Shown here: positions 1 to 9,678 of the stretch, piece after piece
Layout of the letters: every line of letters starts with the position of its first letter
How positions within the stretch are numbered: the first letter of the stretch is position 1
Sequence record: NC_041911.1
Strand: one strand, 5' to 3'
Length of the DNA stretch: 64,000 nucleotides
Notes under the pieces: model-generated
The model's database searches: none
What the model was told of the DNA's origin: nothing
Seen by the model: only the letters and a program-made list of their open reading frames with translations
Made by a program: the position numbers and the translations under genes

Positions 1-857
1 GATTCAAACGTCTGGATGTCGTCCTTCGGCTGGAACATCAGGTACTGCTGGTCGATCAGCTGGTTGTGCACCAGCACCGGGTAATCGGCTGAGGTGGCAA
101 TCGGGCAATCGTAATAGATACGATAGCTGAAAGTCTGGCGCCACGCGGCGGTGTCACCTTGCTTTTGCGGTTCATCAGGAAGCTCTTGGAAATCAAACTG
201 ACCCATGATGCGGCCTTGCTGTTCAGCAATTGCCCAGCGCTCGTTCCCCTTCTGGTCACCCATGTTCGTAATTTTGGTAACGTTTTGGGTGAAGTGGTTT
301 GAGAGGTAAGTTTCCAGATCATCGCCGTAGCCTGCTTGGGCTTCGCGCAATGTCCAGATATGTTCCAGCAACGGCATGAACTCCTTCGGGATCAGATAGG
401 AGTAATTGATGACGTGGGTGCGGATATCGCGGTTGGTCGATACCCTGGCACGAATTTCGTCACGCCAGCGGCGAGCATTGTTGACGTCCGTCGAGCGGTA
501 TTCGAATTCCAGCGTCAGAATGGTGGGAGAATACACCGGACGAAGAAACACCCCGATAGCCTGGTCGAAGAAGAACTCAGGGTATTCCGTTTGATGCACC
601 GCGGTCGACAGCAGGCGGTCAGTCTGGTGTTCTTCCCGGACATTGACACGCCACAGCTCACGCGAAGCGGTATTGTTGAAAGCCGGAGCACCGTCGATAT
701 CGGAGCCCGGTTGGATGGCGGCTTCGGCGTCGCCATTAAAAAGGATGGTCATCGCGCTCAGACCAGTCCATTCTTGGATCTGCCGAGTGATGTCAAACAC
801 CACCGGCCGGGTCACAGATTCCCGAATCCCGTCGTTGGTATGCAGTACCTTTGGCAT
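1..857 (-). CDS. Conserved phiKZ-like virion structural protein, truncated by the window edge
   Basis: Absent from the ORF track. Manual translation from ATG at 857 (MPKVLHTNDGIRESVTRPVVFDITRQ...) is open to position 1. Same strand as the downstream virion block. Function inferred from position. Confidence 0.75.
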   Translation of the reverse strand, partial: MPKVLHTNDGIRESVTRPVVFDITRQIQEWTGLSAMTILFNGDAEAAIQPGSDIDGAPAFNNTASRELWRVNVREEHQTDRLLSTAVHQTEYPEFFFDQAIGVFLRPVYSPTILTLEFEYRSTDVNNARRWRDEIRARVSTNRDIRTHVINYSYLIPKEFMPLLEHIWTLREAQAGYGDDLETYLSNHFTQNVTKITNMGDQKGNERWAIAEQQGRIMGQFDFQELPDEPQKQGDTAAWRQTFSYRIYYDCPIATSADYPVLVHNQLIDQQYLMFQPKDDIQTFE

Positions 858-991
858 GATTGGCTCGTGAAGTATGGATAGGAAACGTCTTTTTCAGACT
901 CACAACAATTTGCGGACATAAACGCCCCTCCAACAGCGCTTAAACGGCCCTAGAACCGTTTAAGACGCTCTGGAGAGGGATTATGTCGTCA

Positions 992-2548
992 TTATGACGG
1001 AAAGCGCTGTAGAGCCTGCAAAGCCGTCTTGGTGATGACGTAGCTTTCCAGTGCCGGATTACTCATCTCAGTGTTCTGCTTGATGAAGAACCGGTTGGTG
1101 GCTGCTCGATCCTTGGGATCTTCCAGTACCGACAGCTCAACCAGCGACACCACCACCATTGCGCAACGCACGTACATCCACGCCATATGTGCATACGGCT
1201 GCTGGATCGACGCGATTACGGCATTGGCGATCTTGAAGTATTCCGCCGCAAAGCTCAGGAACTGCGGCTCTGCGTTGGATTGCGCTTGTTTGTTCAGGAC
1301 ATCCATAGCTTTCTGGAAATCCTTGGCAAACGAGTCGTTCTTCTTGGCCAGTGCTTCGAAGCCCTTCAGATCATGCAGGACGTTGACCACTTGATCAACC
1401 ATCTTGAGCAGTTCGTCGACGTTCGGTACATTCATAGACGTTTGTGCCACTACGCCCGCCTTCTTGTCGAAGACCAGGGAAGCACCGTAATGCCTGATGC
1501 CTGCCGTGATCTTCTGCGGATCGTTGCCACCGTTGTTCTTGGGAGCATGCGCTACCAGATAGCGGTTATCCAGCAACGAGGCCAGACACACGAACTTGCG
1601 ATCCGGGAAGGCATTGAGCGCGGATTGCGGAGTCTGACCCGGTTGAGTCGTGATCTCCGCTTCCTTCCAGGTCTGCAGCCAGTGACGCTCGATGGAGTCG
1701 CGCAGCTCAACCAGTTGCTCAGCATCCGGTTTTTTGGTTGCTTGCAGCATTTGCATGCTGCCCAGCAGCTTTTCCATCACCACTGTACTGTAGCTATCCG
1801 CAGCACGCAGGACATGACGGGTTGCGTCATTCTGCACCGTCATAACGTCTTCGAACGCGCTCCAGCCACTGATGGGCTTACCGTCGACTTGGAAGAAGCG
1901 CGAGTAAGCACCGTAGTCGAAGACATCCGACAACGGGAACTCACGTTTCTCCAACAACGGACGCAGTTCCAGCAATCGAGCACGGAGTTTCTCCGACATC
2001 TCAACGTAGTGGTTCAGCGCCTTAGCGGTAAGCTTGAACTGGATCGGAATCTCGCGACCAAAACCTTGCACGATCTTCCGGAACAGACCAGCCGTAATCT
2101 CGGCAAAGCCTTCGTTGCTTGGGACAACGATTCCGCTTACTTCAACAGCACCCATCACACCGGGACCGTATTGATCCCACAGATCGGTCGGCCCGCCCAC
2201 CAATACAGCAGTGCTTCCAGCCCCAGCATTCAGCGGCCTAGTCAGCGTGTAAGGTGAGTCGCCCTCCGGATGGAGTTTGCCATCGTTATCCACGTAGGCT
2301 TCCACTGCGGCTTTGTCAGCCACGGCCAACACCTCGCCGTTTTTGTGGGCACTTGCTAGCGTCTTGAAGTCATTCACACGCTGTTGCTGGTGCTCGTTCA
2401 GCTTGACCGCTGGCTCGTCAGCAACCACAGCCTGAGCCAGCGCCTCCAAGGAACCTTGGAGTTCATCGATCTGCCGGGATTGCTCTTGCAGACCTTCGTC
2501 CAGCAATTCCCCGCTCTCGATGTTATTCTGCAGTTCGGTTTCGTTCAT
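992..2548 (-). CDS. Virion head protein with acidic propeptide (phiKZ gp93-97-like neighbourhood)
   Basis: 518 aa, acidic N-terminus with SLE/AXE-type maturation motifs, in tandem with paralogous head genes. Confidence 0.6.
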   Translation of the reverse strand: MNETELQNNIESGELLDEGLQEQSRQIDELQGSLEALAQAVVADEPAVKLNEHQQQRVNDFKTLASAHKNGEVLAVADKAAVEAYVDNDGKLHPEGDSPYTLTRPLNAGAGSTAVLVGGPTDLWDQYGPGVMGAVEVSGIVVPSNEGFAEITAGLFRKIVQGFGREIPIQFKLTAKALNHYVEMSEKLRARLLELRPLLEKREFPLSDVFDYGAYSRFFQVDGKPISGWSAFEDVMTVQNDATRHVLRAADSYSTVVMEKLLGSMQMLQATKKPDAEQLVELRDSIERHWLQTWKEAEITTQPGQTPQSALNAFPDRKFVCLASLLDNRYLVAHAPKNNGGNDPQKITAGIRHYGASLVFDKKAGVVAQTSMNVPNVDELLKMVDQVVNVLHDLKGFEALAKKNDSFAKDFQKAMDVLNKQAQSNAEPQFLSFAAEYFKIANAVIASIQQPYAHMAWMYVRCAMVVVSLVELSVLEDPKDRAATNRFFIKQNTEMSNPALESYVITKTALQALQRFPS

Positions 2549-2549
2549 C

Positions 2550-3749
2550 TCACTTCCCTACGTTTTCGTAACGTTCAATCGACTGCGAGCACCAGCGCAG
2601 CAGTGCTTGCATCGTACGCATGATAAAGCGCAGGTGAACGATGTAGCTGTTTTGGCCGATTGCCGTGATATTCCGCAGCGCCACGACCGAACTCTGATCC
2701 GGGTCCTTCGACTTGACGAAAGCAGCTTCACGCAGGATCTTGCGCATCAGCTCTTCATCACGCGAGAAGCGTACGACGTTCTCACACACCTTCAACGCAG
2801 TACGGCACACGCGACGGATTTCATCCGGTGTCAGTACCGGGAAGAATGCCACACGCAGCGGAACTTCGGAATCACGGCGAATGTTGCAGTGATAAGTGAA
2901 AGTACCGTTCTCACGCACTTCCTTACCAATCACGCCTGTGATGTAGTTCTGGCCGAACAGTGCTTCACTGGCGTAGAAGTCCAGCGAATCGTTCTTTTTC
3001 TCGGTAAAGACGGAGAGCGTGTTCGGATCGATTGGCTTCAAGGATTCCTTGATACCGGCTTCGAGCTTGTCGCGCAGGATATCGGCTTCCTTTTTGACCC
3101 GGTCGTATTCCTTGGCGCGAGCCGCACCCACCAGTCGCACCACTTCCGCTACAGCCGAGAAACGATACTGTTGCTCAAACGTATCAGCCAGACGGTCAAA
3201 CAGCTCTGGCGTCTTCTGCGGTGCAATGCCGTCGATGTTGAGCGCTACCATAATGGAGCGATCTTTGATGTTGAGCTGAGCGGCGATGGAAGACGACAGC
3301 GAATCAGCTCGACCGATGTAGTTCTTGATCGGCAGGATCAGCTTGCGCGCAGTGATCTTCTGGTTGGCGAAGAAGTCGAAGAGCGTCTTGAAGATACGCT
3401 CCACCAAAGCGTACAGGTAGAGGATCACTTTCTTCAGTCGGCTATGCTTGACCTTGTCTTCTTCTTCTTCCTCATCGGCGCTCTCCAGAGCAGCCGTCGG
3501 GATGTTGAAGCGATCGATGTAGTTCTCCACCGCGACTTCCAGCTTTTGGAGATCGATCGCAGTAGGGTCAAAAGGATCAATGCCGTTAGCAGTTTCCTCC
3601 AGACTCTGAGCTGCGTCGAGCGCCTCATTAGCGTACGCGATGGCTTCTTCTACTTCTTGGGGGTTGACGATCGGATGGTCTTCTTGGAGAGCAGTCCTGA
3701 ACCCGTCCTGCGTACCGCCCATGCTAGAACCTCCAGCAAAAATTTGCAT
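2550..3749 (-). CDS. Virion internal head protein (paralog family)
   Basis: 399 aa with SLEE and AALES motifs, an acidic stretch, then a basic amphipathic segment (LKKVILYLYALVERIFK) like its neighbours. Confidence 0.65.
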   Translation of the reverse strand: MQIFAGGSSMGGTQDGFRTALQEDHPIVNPQEVEEAIAYANEALDAAQSLEETANGIDPFDPTAIDLQKLEVAVENYIDRFNIPTAALESADEEEEEDKVKHSRLKKVILYLYALVERIFKTLFDFFANQKITARKLILPIKNYIGRADSLSSSIAAQLNIKDRSIMVALNIDGIAPQKTPELFDRLADTFEQQYRFSAVAEVVRLVGAARAKEYDRVKKEADILRDKLEAGIKESLKPIDPNTLSVFTEKKNDSLDFYASEALFGQNYITGVIGKEVRENGTFTYHCNIRRDSEVPLRVAFFPVLTPDEIRRVCRTALKVCENVVRFSRDEELMRKILREAAFVKSKDPDQSSVVALRNITAIGQNSYIVHLRFIMRTMQALLRWCSQSIERYENVGK

Positions 3750-3779
3750 GATGAGTATCTCTTTATAAAAGACAAAAGG

Positions 3780-3807
3780 GAGTAAGGGAGCCGAAGCCCC
3801 CTTACTC
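3780..3807. terminator. Intrinsic terminator-like hairpin with adjacent TTATGCCG
   Basis: GAGTAAGGG/CCCTTACTC stem, followed by CTTTTG on the - strand. TTATGCCG at 3813-3820. Confidence 0.7.
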
Positions 3808-3835
3808 TCTCGTTATGCCGTCAGGACAGAATTGC

Positions 3836-5137
3836 TTACCGTGCCTTCGAAACCGCGATCGACTTCTGGACGTAACGCACGTAGTTGGTCGAGTTCTGCA
3901 GATTCAGACGCAGCAGTTGCGGGATCACCGCAGTCGCTACCGTCGTCAGAACCTTCAGATATACCGCCGCGTACTTCGAAGCAGCTTCACCTTCAGCAAC
4001 CTTGGCAAAACCTTCGATCTTCTGCAGACGATCTTCCAGTGCCTTCTGGTCATCGGCCCAACGGACGATCAGATCCAGCATGTTCTTTGCCAGATGCGGA
4101 TCGGCCACCACGATGGTGTCGTCGTCAACGATTTCCGGCTGCTTCGGAGACAGCCCTGCTTTCAGATACGACTTCTCGCTGATCGGAGCGGAGTACGCCA
4201 GATACAGACGCACACCGCCGATCATCGGCTCAGTCAGACTGACGCGCAGCTGCTGGCCTTCCGGCAGTTCCGGTTTTTCAGCCAAATCGCTAGCGACTCC
4301 GGGCTCGTCGAAGACGTGCTGCTGCAGACCCTTCAGAACCTTTGCGGTGTTCTCGAAGATGGCCAGCTGATCGCTGTTCGAACCCTTCTGAGACAGTTCG
4401 TTCAGGCTCGAAACGAACGCATCATTGAAGAAGCCGTACAGGGTCTTCGTAGCCAGAGCACCGTAGGCTTTGAATTGCTGATTAGCATCGCCGCGGTCAG
4501 CAACCAAGCGCAGGGACTTGATGAACTTCTCGTCTTCGATAACGAGGCCGGAGTTGATGGAACCGACTTGCGGGATCAACTTCTTGGCCTCTTCGGCGAC
4601 GTTCATGGAACGGGACAGGATCTTGCGAATCAAGCCGACGATCCAGGCAACGATGCGCTTAGCGGCAGCAGCCAGTCGAGCCAAGATTTCCTTGGACTTG
4701 GACTTGGCTGCATCACCAACAGCTTCGGTTTGTTCAGCAGCGGAAGCATCAGCGGCGCCGTCCTCCAAAGCCGAGACCGGATTGGGAATCTTCGCACGTG
4801 CGCAGATCTGCTCCAGACCAAAAGCCAGCGATGCTACGCTAGCCTTGTTGGCCTGACCTGACTTAACGGTCATCTCGCAGATGTGAGCCAGCTCTTCGAG
4901 CGCAGCAACGGCTTTGTTGGCTTCCGCCAAATCGCCCTGCATCTCATCGCCAGCTTCAGCGATCGCGTCGGTATCGTTCTCGAAGCACTCATCGCGCAGT
5001 TCTGCATTCTCGGCATCCATCGTTGCGTTCTGCTGTTGCAGTTCAGCAACGCTGTCTTGCGGAGTAATGCTGGTCTCCGTTACCGCACCCGTCTCCAATC
5101 CTTCGAGTGCGGCAGAGATGTAAAGATTACGTTTCAT
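3836..5137 (-). CDS. Virion internal head protein (paralog family)
   Basis: Starts MKRNLYISAALEG. Shares the block LEELAH...TVKSGQAN.ASVA.LAFGLEQI with 5147..6586. Confidence 0.7.
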   Translation of the reverse strand: MKRNLYISAALEGLETGAVTETSITPQDSVAELQQQNATMDAENAELRDECFENDTDAIAEAGDEMQGDLAEANKAVAALEELAHICEMTVKSGQANKASVASLAFGLEQICARAKIPNPVSALEDGAADASAAEQTEAVGDAAKSKSKEILARLAAAAKRIVAWIVGLIRKILSRSMNVAEEAKKLIPQVGSINSGLVIEDEKFIKSLRLVADRGDANQQFKAYGALATKTLYGFFNDAFVSSLNELSQKGSNSDQLAIFENTAKVLKGLQQHVFDEPGVASDLAEKPELPEGQQLRVSLTEPMIGGVRLYLAYSAPISEKSYLKAGLSPKQPEIVDDDTIVVADPHLAKNMLDLIVRWADDQKALEDRLQKIEGFAKVAEGEAASKYAAVYLKVLTTVATAVIPQLLRLNLQNSTNYVRYVQKSIAVSKAR

Positions 5138-5146
5138 GGTGATCCT

Positions 5147-6586
5147 TTATTTCTCGGCCTTGTCCACAGCCTTGGACACTGCGATGGACTTCTCGACGTA
5201 AGCGTTGATACGCTTCGCATTCATCATGCAAAGGTTCAGCACATGCGGCAGCGTGTTGGCAGCCAGGCCGGAGAACATGGAGAGGAACACGTGGTTGTAC
5301 GTGGTCGACCATTGACCACTCCAGTGACGCTCCGTGACACCTTGGCCCAGACGCTCCAGACGACTCAGGCTCTTCTGCACCGAACGGAACTCGGACATCC
5401 AGCGCTCTACCGATTGCAGCAGTTTGTCAGCATCCTTAGCCGACAGCACCGGGATCGATTCAGGCGCACGCAGCTTCGGATCGGATGCGCGACCGATCTT
5501 CAGCATGATTTCCTTGGCATCGGACGGGTTCTGGCGCCAGGCCATATACAGCTGAACACCACCCACGAGTTGCGGCGTAGCCCACACGTCGATGTCATTG
5601 CCTTTCGGAGCACCGTCGATCGAACCGGAGCGCGGTTCGAACGGGAACAGGTCTTCTTGCGCTGCTTTCACAACCGGCAGAATCACACGATCCCACGGAG
5701 CACTGACTTGCTTGGTGTCGCGCAGTTCTTCGAACATATCTTCCATCAGCTTGCTGAAATCAGCATCGAAGAAGTTGAGCGCGTTCTGAGCAAAGACGTG
5801 GAAGTTGTAGTAGTATTCCGCCACCGAGTCATTACCTTCGGGGATGCGGAGCGACTTGATGAAGCCCTGGTCGGTGATTTCCTTGCTGTCGTCGATCTGC
5901 GACAAGCTCGCGCGCAGTTCTTTGGCCTTCTCCGCCACCTTTCCGGTGTTGGTGAAGAGATTGCGGAAGAACGACATCACTGCTTGGATGATGCGCTTGA
6001 TACCTTCCACCAGCTTCTTGCCGATGTTGGCGGCCAGGGTCTTGGCTTTTTCGCCGATGGAAGCAGCTTGTTCTTCCGGCTCACCACCTTCAGCTTCCAG
6101 AGCCGGCAGCAGGCTCTTGACGCCGATGCGATCGGTAATCTGTTCCAGACCGAAAGCGAGGCCAGCCACGCTGGCGCGGTTGGCCTGACCCGACTTGACG
6201 GTCAGTTCAGCCAGGTGGGCCAGCTCTTCAAGAGCAGCGCCAGCAGCCACTGCTTCGTTCAGGTCTTCCTGCACGGAGTCCGATGCGGACTCGATAACGT
6301 CAGCATCGTTGTCGAAGCACTCGTTTTGCAGCTCTGCGTTTTCGGTAGCGAGCTGGGTGTTCTGTTCCATCAGCTCGGCAACGGCATCGGTGCTGGAGTC
6401 CATGTTGACTTCAGTCACTTCACCTGCGGCCTGGGCAGCTTGTTGCTGTTGTTCGGTAACGCCAGCGGCAGTGACACCATCGGTAGACTGAGCACCAGCT
6501 TCGCCACCGCCATTCTCACCACCAGTGGCCGCTTGTTCTTGCTGCAGCTCTTCGAGAGCTGCCACGATAAAGGGATTGCGTTTCAT
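5147..6586 (-). CDS. Virion internal head protein (paralog family)
   Basis: Starts MKRNPFIVAALEE. Clear N-terminal paralog of 3836..5137. Confidence 0.7.
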   Translation of the reverse strand: MKRNPFIVAALEELQQEQAATGGENGGGEAGAQSTDGVTAAGVTEQQQQAAQAAGEVTEVNMDSSTDAVAELMEQNTQLATENAELQNECFDNDADVIESASDSVQEDLNEAVAAGAALEELAHLAELTVKSGQANRASVAGLAFGLEQITDRIGVKSLLPALEAEGGEPEEQAASIGEKAKTLAANIGKKLVEGIKRIIQAVMSFFRNLFTNTGKVAEKAKELRASLSQIDDSKEITDQGFIKSLRIPEGNDSVAEYYYNFHVFAQNALNFFDADFSKLMEDMFEELRDTKQVSAPWDRVILPVVKAAQEDLFPFEPRSGSIDGAPKGNDIDVWATPQLVGGVQLYMAWRQNPSDAKEIMLKIGRASDPKLRAPESIPVLSAKDADKLLQSVERWMSEFRSVQKSLSRLERLGQGVTERHWSGQWSTTYNHVFLSMFSGLAANTLPHVLNLCMMNAKRINAYVEKSIAVSKAVDKAEK

Positions 6587-6684
6587 GATGTTTGGTCCGA
6601 CTATAGGTTATCAAAAAGAGGAAGCCGTAAACCGCTAGCGCTTACGGTAATTTTGACCTCGATCACAATATAGCCAGCATAGAA

Positions 6685-6712
6685 GGCAATAGGCACGGGT
6701 GTGCCTATTGCC
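6685..6712. terminator. Perfect 12-bp hairpin
   Basis: GGCAATAGGCAC-GGGT-GTGCCTATTGCC between two - strand genes. CAGCATAG at 6675. Confidence 0.75.
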
Positions 6713-6758
6713 CCTATGTTTGGTTACACGGAGTCGAGAAGACGCCTATGTCGGCCGC

Positions 6759-8183
6759 TTATTCCTTGTGGCCGCCGCGATTGGCAGCCTTGGCTTCAGC
6801 GATCGAGAAGCGAATCCAGCGGGTCGCGCCGAAGTGGTTGAAGTACAGGCCGTGAGCGGCACCGAACACGCAACCGGCGGACAGGTCAGCCAGAACGCGC
6901 ATCAGGTTGCTGTACTTCGACAGCAGCTTGCGAGCAACTTCGCGGTCATCCTTGTCGTAGCTGTGACGGGCCTTGTACTTCGGCTCGAAGTCAGCGTCGA
7001 ACAGGGCGTCCAGAGCGGACATCACTGCGCGCTCGGCGCGAACAGCGGTTTCCTTCAGGTGCTTGATGTCGGCCGGCGAAGCGATCTTCACGCCAGCCGA
7101 GAAATCACGCTTGCCTTCTTCGAACACGACCTTGGTGCCTTCCAGGCCACCGGTGTTGTCCACGGTCACGCGTTCCGGCAGGTTCACTTCAACCTTGACG
7201 GAGCTGTGCTGGAAACGGGACTCGCCCATGTCCTGCAGGCCCTTGGCGGTGCTGATGCAGCGGTTCATCGCAGCAACAACGGTCTCGGGCTTGTCGGTGG
7301 CCCAGGAGTTCGACAGGGCGCGCATTTCGCCGACCAGCTTGTTCTCGACGAGGCGGATCACTTCGTCGAATTCCGAGCCGGCGTTATCGACGGCGGCGAT
7401 CGGGTTCTTGGTCGAGGACGGTGCATAGAAGCGCTCTTGCACGGTCTTTTCCCACTTGGCGCTCTGGAACGGCTTGCCAGCGTGACCATTGAGGATCTGG
7501 CCTTCTTTCTCCAGCTTCTCGTAGATCTTCGGCAGGCCGCGGAAGTAATCCGCGAAGCGCTTCAGCTTCTCGCCGGTCAGCTCGAAAGCTTTCTTGGCGA
7601 ACTTGGCCACAGCAGCCCACACCTTTTCGGCGCGTTCTTTGACCACGTCGACGAAGCCTTCGGTAGCGACGCGTTGGTCGAAGCCGAAGGATTCCAGAGC
7701 CACGCTTTCTTGCAGCGGCTCGCCGATGCCGGCCGCGTCGATAGCGGTGGTCAGCATCTGCACGGTTTCCGGGGTCAGACCTGCGCCCGGCTCGCCGACG
7801 GCAGCGGGAGCGCCTTCACCTGCTTCACCAGCTTCGCCGGCTTCAGCTTGAACCGGCTCCAGGCTGGCTTCAGCTTGTTCGGCGATGTCTTCCAGGGCAG
7901 CACCCATGCGGCAGAAGCGCATGGCGACGGATTGGAGGTGTTCCAGCGCCAGGGTATGTTCCTGGCTTTCCGCGACGGCGTCGATCTCGTCGTGGTCGGC
8001 AATGGCGGCGTCTTCGCCGAATTCCTTGGCGGCCTTCACGTCGTCGGTCGACGGTTCAGCCAGGCTGCCGTCTTCCTTGAAGCCGGGTTTCGGCTGCAGG
8101 GTCGACACTTCGGTCACTTCGGAGATATCCACCGCACCGGATGCTTCGCTTTCCAGTGCCGCGGTGAAAAAGTTTCGTTTCAT
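6759..8183 (-). CDS. Virion internal head protein (paralog family)
   Basis: Starts MKRNFFTAALES. Long acidic propeptide with ALEH, ALED and ALES sites. Confidence 0.7.
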   Translation of the reverse strand: MKRNFFTAALESEASGAVDISEVTEVSTLQPKPGFKEDGSLAEPSTDDVKAAKEFGEDAAIADHDEIDAVAESQEHTLALEHLQSVAMRFCRMGAALEDIAEQAEASLEPVQAEAGEAGEAGEGAPAAVGEPGAGLTPETVQMLTTAIDAAGIGEPLQESVALESFGFDQRVATEGFVDVVKERAEKVWAAVAKFAKKAFELTGEKLKRFADYFRGLPKIYEKLEKEGQILNGHAGKPFQSAKWEKTVQERFYAPSSTKNPIAAVDNAGSEFDEVIRLVENKLVGEMRALSNSWATDKPETVVAAMNRCISTAKGLQDMGESRFQHSSVKVEVNLPERVTVDNTGGLEGTKVVFEEGKRDFSAGVKIASPADIKHLKETAVRAERAVMSALDALFDADFEPKYKARHSYDKDDREVARKLLSKYSNLMRVLADLSAGCVFGAAHGLYFNHFGATRWIRFSIAEAKAANRGGHKE

Positions 8184-8274
8184 GTTGGTGTACTCGATTC
8201 TGTCAAGTCGATGGAGGCTAGTGGAATGAAGCCCGTCGTAAGATAGGCTCCATTCCTTCTAAGCAGGCTGTGGA

Positions 8275-9603
8275 TTACTCACCTTTCTTGGTGAAGGCAC
8301 CCTTAACCTTGTTGCCAGCAGCGGCGGCAGCTTCGCCAGCCTTCTCGCCCAGGCTCTTGTCGCCGCGGTGAGCGGAGATAGCAGCCTGGCAGTATTGCAG
8401 CGCGATGGTCGAGGCGCTGGTTGCGTAAGCGTAAGCAGCAACCTGCGGACCCTTGATGATGCGCGGTACGACGGCCTGCATCGCCTTGAGTTGCTTGGAG
8501 TCTTCACCAGCAGCACGGTTCTTGCTGGCAGCCTTGTCGAGTTCCTTGTTCAGGGCGTCCAGTTGGCCGATGTTCGACTGGTAGATCTTGACCAGTTGGC
8601 CCAGGCCGACGATGTATTCGGCGATGGCCTTGATCTCTTCACCGTTCGGTGCGGCAACTTCGTTCAGCGGCTTGACTTCGTCGACCTTGCTGATGCCGTG
8701 GTTCCAGTATTGCAGAGCTTCCCAGTTGTCCGGGTAGCTCACCCACGCACGGTAACCGCCGAAGAACGGCTTGGTCAGCAGGGTTTCGGTGCCAGCACCG
8801 GCCTTGACGGCTTGCGCTTGAGCCGGAGTGGCCTTCTCGTGGTAGGAACCAGCTGCCTTCGCCAGAGCGTCGGTGAAGCGTTCCATCACACCTTCGGCCG
8901 AGGAGCTGCCCGAAGCAACCACGTCGATGCAGGTGCGGCATTCCTTGGTCAGGATTTCGGCGGACTTGCCGCCTTGGTCGGTAGCGTGTTCGCTCACCGC
9001 CATCAGCACTTCACCCACCTCGACGTTCTTGTAAGTGGCGATCTTGGCCAGCAGGCCCTTGTCGTCGATCTTGGCACCGGTACTGGTGTTCAGGTCTTTC
9101 AGCTGATCGATGATCTTCTGCGCTTCGGCAGCGTTCTTGACGATGCGGTCGGTGTAGCGAGCCCAGGTTTCACGAACCCACTGAGCGATGCGCTTACCGA
9201 AGTTGCGCAGCATTTCCCAGACCTTGGCAGCGAAGGCCTTGACCTTTTCCAGCACGCCCTTCTTGGACTTGTCTTCCAGCAGCTTCTGCGCACCGCCGGC
9301 GGCTTCAGCCATGTCGTTGGATTCGAGGGCCACGTTCACGGCCTTCTCGACGAACGGTTCCAGCGGAGCTTCCGGAGCACCCGGGGCTTCATCGATCAGG
9401 GAGATGATGTCTTCCAGACCTTGAGCCGATTCGGTGATCATGGCCAGGTCGTTGTCGATGTCCTCGGATTCTTGCGGGAAGTCGACGCCGGCGGTTTCAG
9501 CTTCGAATTCGCCGTCGGTGGGTTGTTCAGCAACGATTTCGGAGTTCACGTCTTCCGCGAACTCTTCCAGCGCAGCCATGGTTTTTGCGAAGGATTGTTT
9601 CAT
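8275..9603 (-). CDS. Virion internal head protein (paralog family)
   Basis: Likely start MKQSFAKTMAALEE at 9603 (ORF track begins at 9663, overlapping little coding-like sequence). Contains a VALES motif and a C-terminal YATSASTIALQY segment similar to its paralogs. Confidence 0.7.
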   Translation of the reverse strand: MKQSFAKTMAALEEFAEDVNSEIVAEQPTDGEFEAETAGVDFPQESEDIDNDLAMITESAQGLEDIISLIDEAPGAPEAPLEPFVEKAVNVALESNDMAEAAGGAQKLLEDKSKKGVLEKVKAFAAKVWEMLRNFGKRIAQWVRETWARYTDRIVKNAAEAQKIIDQLKDLNTSTGAKIDDKGLLAKIATYKNVEVGEVLMAVSEHATDQGGKSAEILTKECRTCIDVVASGSSSAEGVMERFTDALAKAAGSYHEKATPAQAQAVKAGAGTETLLTKPFFGGYRAWVSYPDNWEALQYWNHGISKVDEVKPLNEVAAPNGEEIKAIAEYIVGLGQLVKIYQSNIGQLDALNKELDKAASKNRAAGEDSKQLKAMQAVVPRIIKGPQVAAYAYATSASTIALQYCQAAISAHRGDKSLGEKAGEAAAAAGNKVKGAFTKKGE

Positions 9604-9678
9604 TTCAGGTATCCGAAAAATGGAGTTGGCGATCAGAGAGTGGGACAAGCCCACTCTCCTCACTCAGACAGTTGTTGA

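Noticed and set aside
8259-8516. 85-aa - strand ORF
   Set aside because: It is an alternative frame inside the 3' end of the 8275..9603 head gene, with no RBS or plausible composition.
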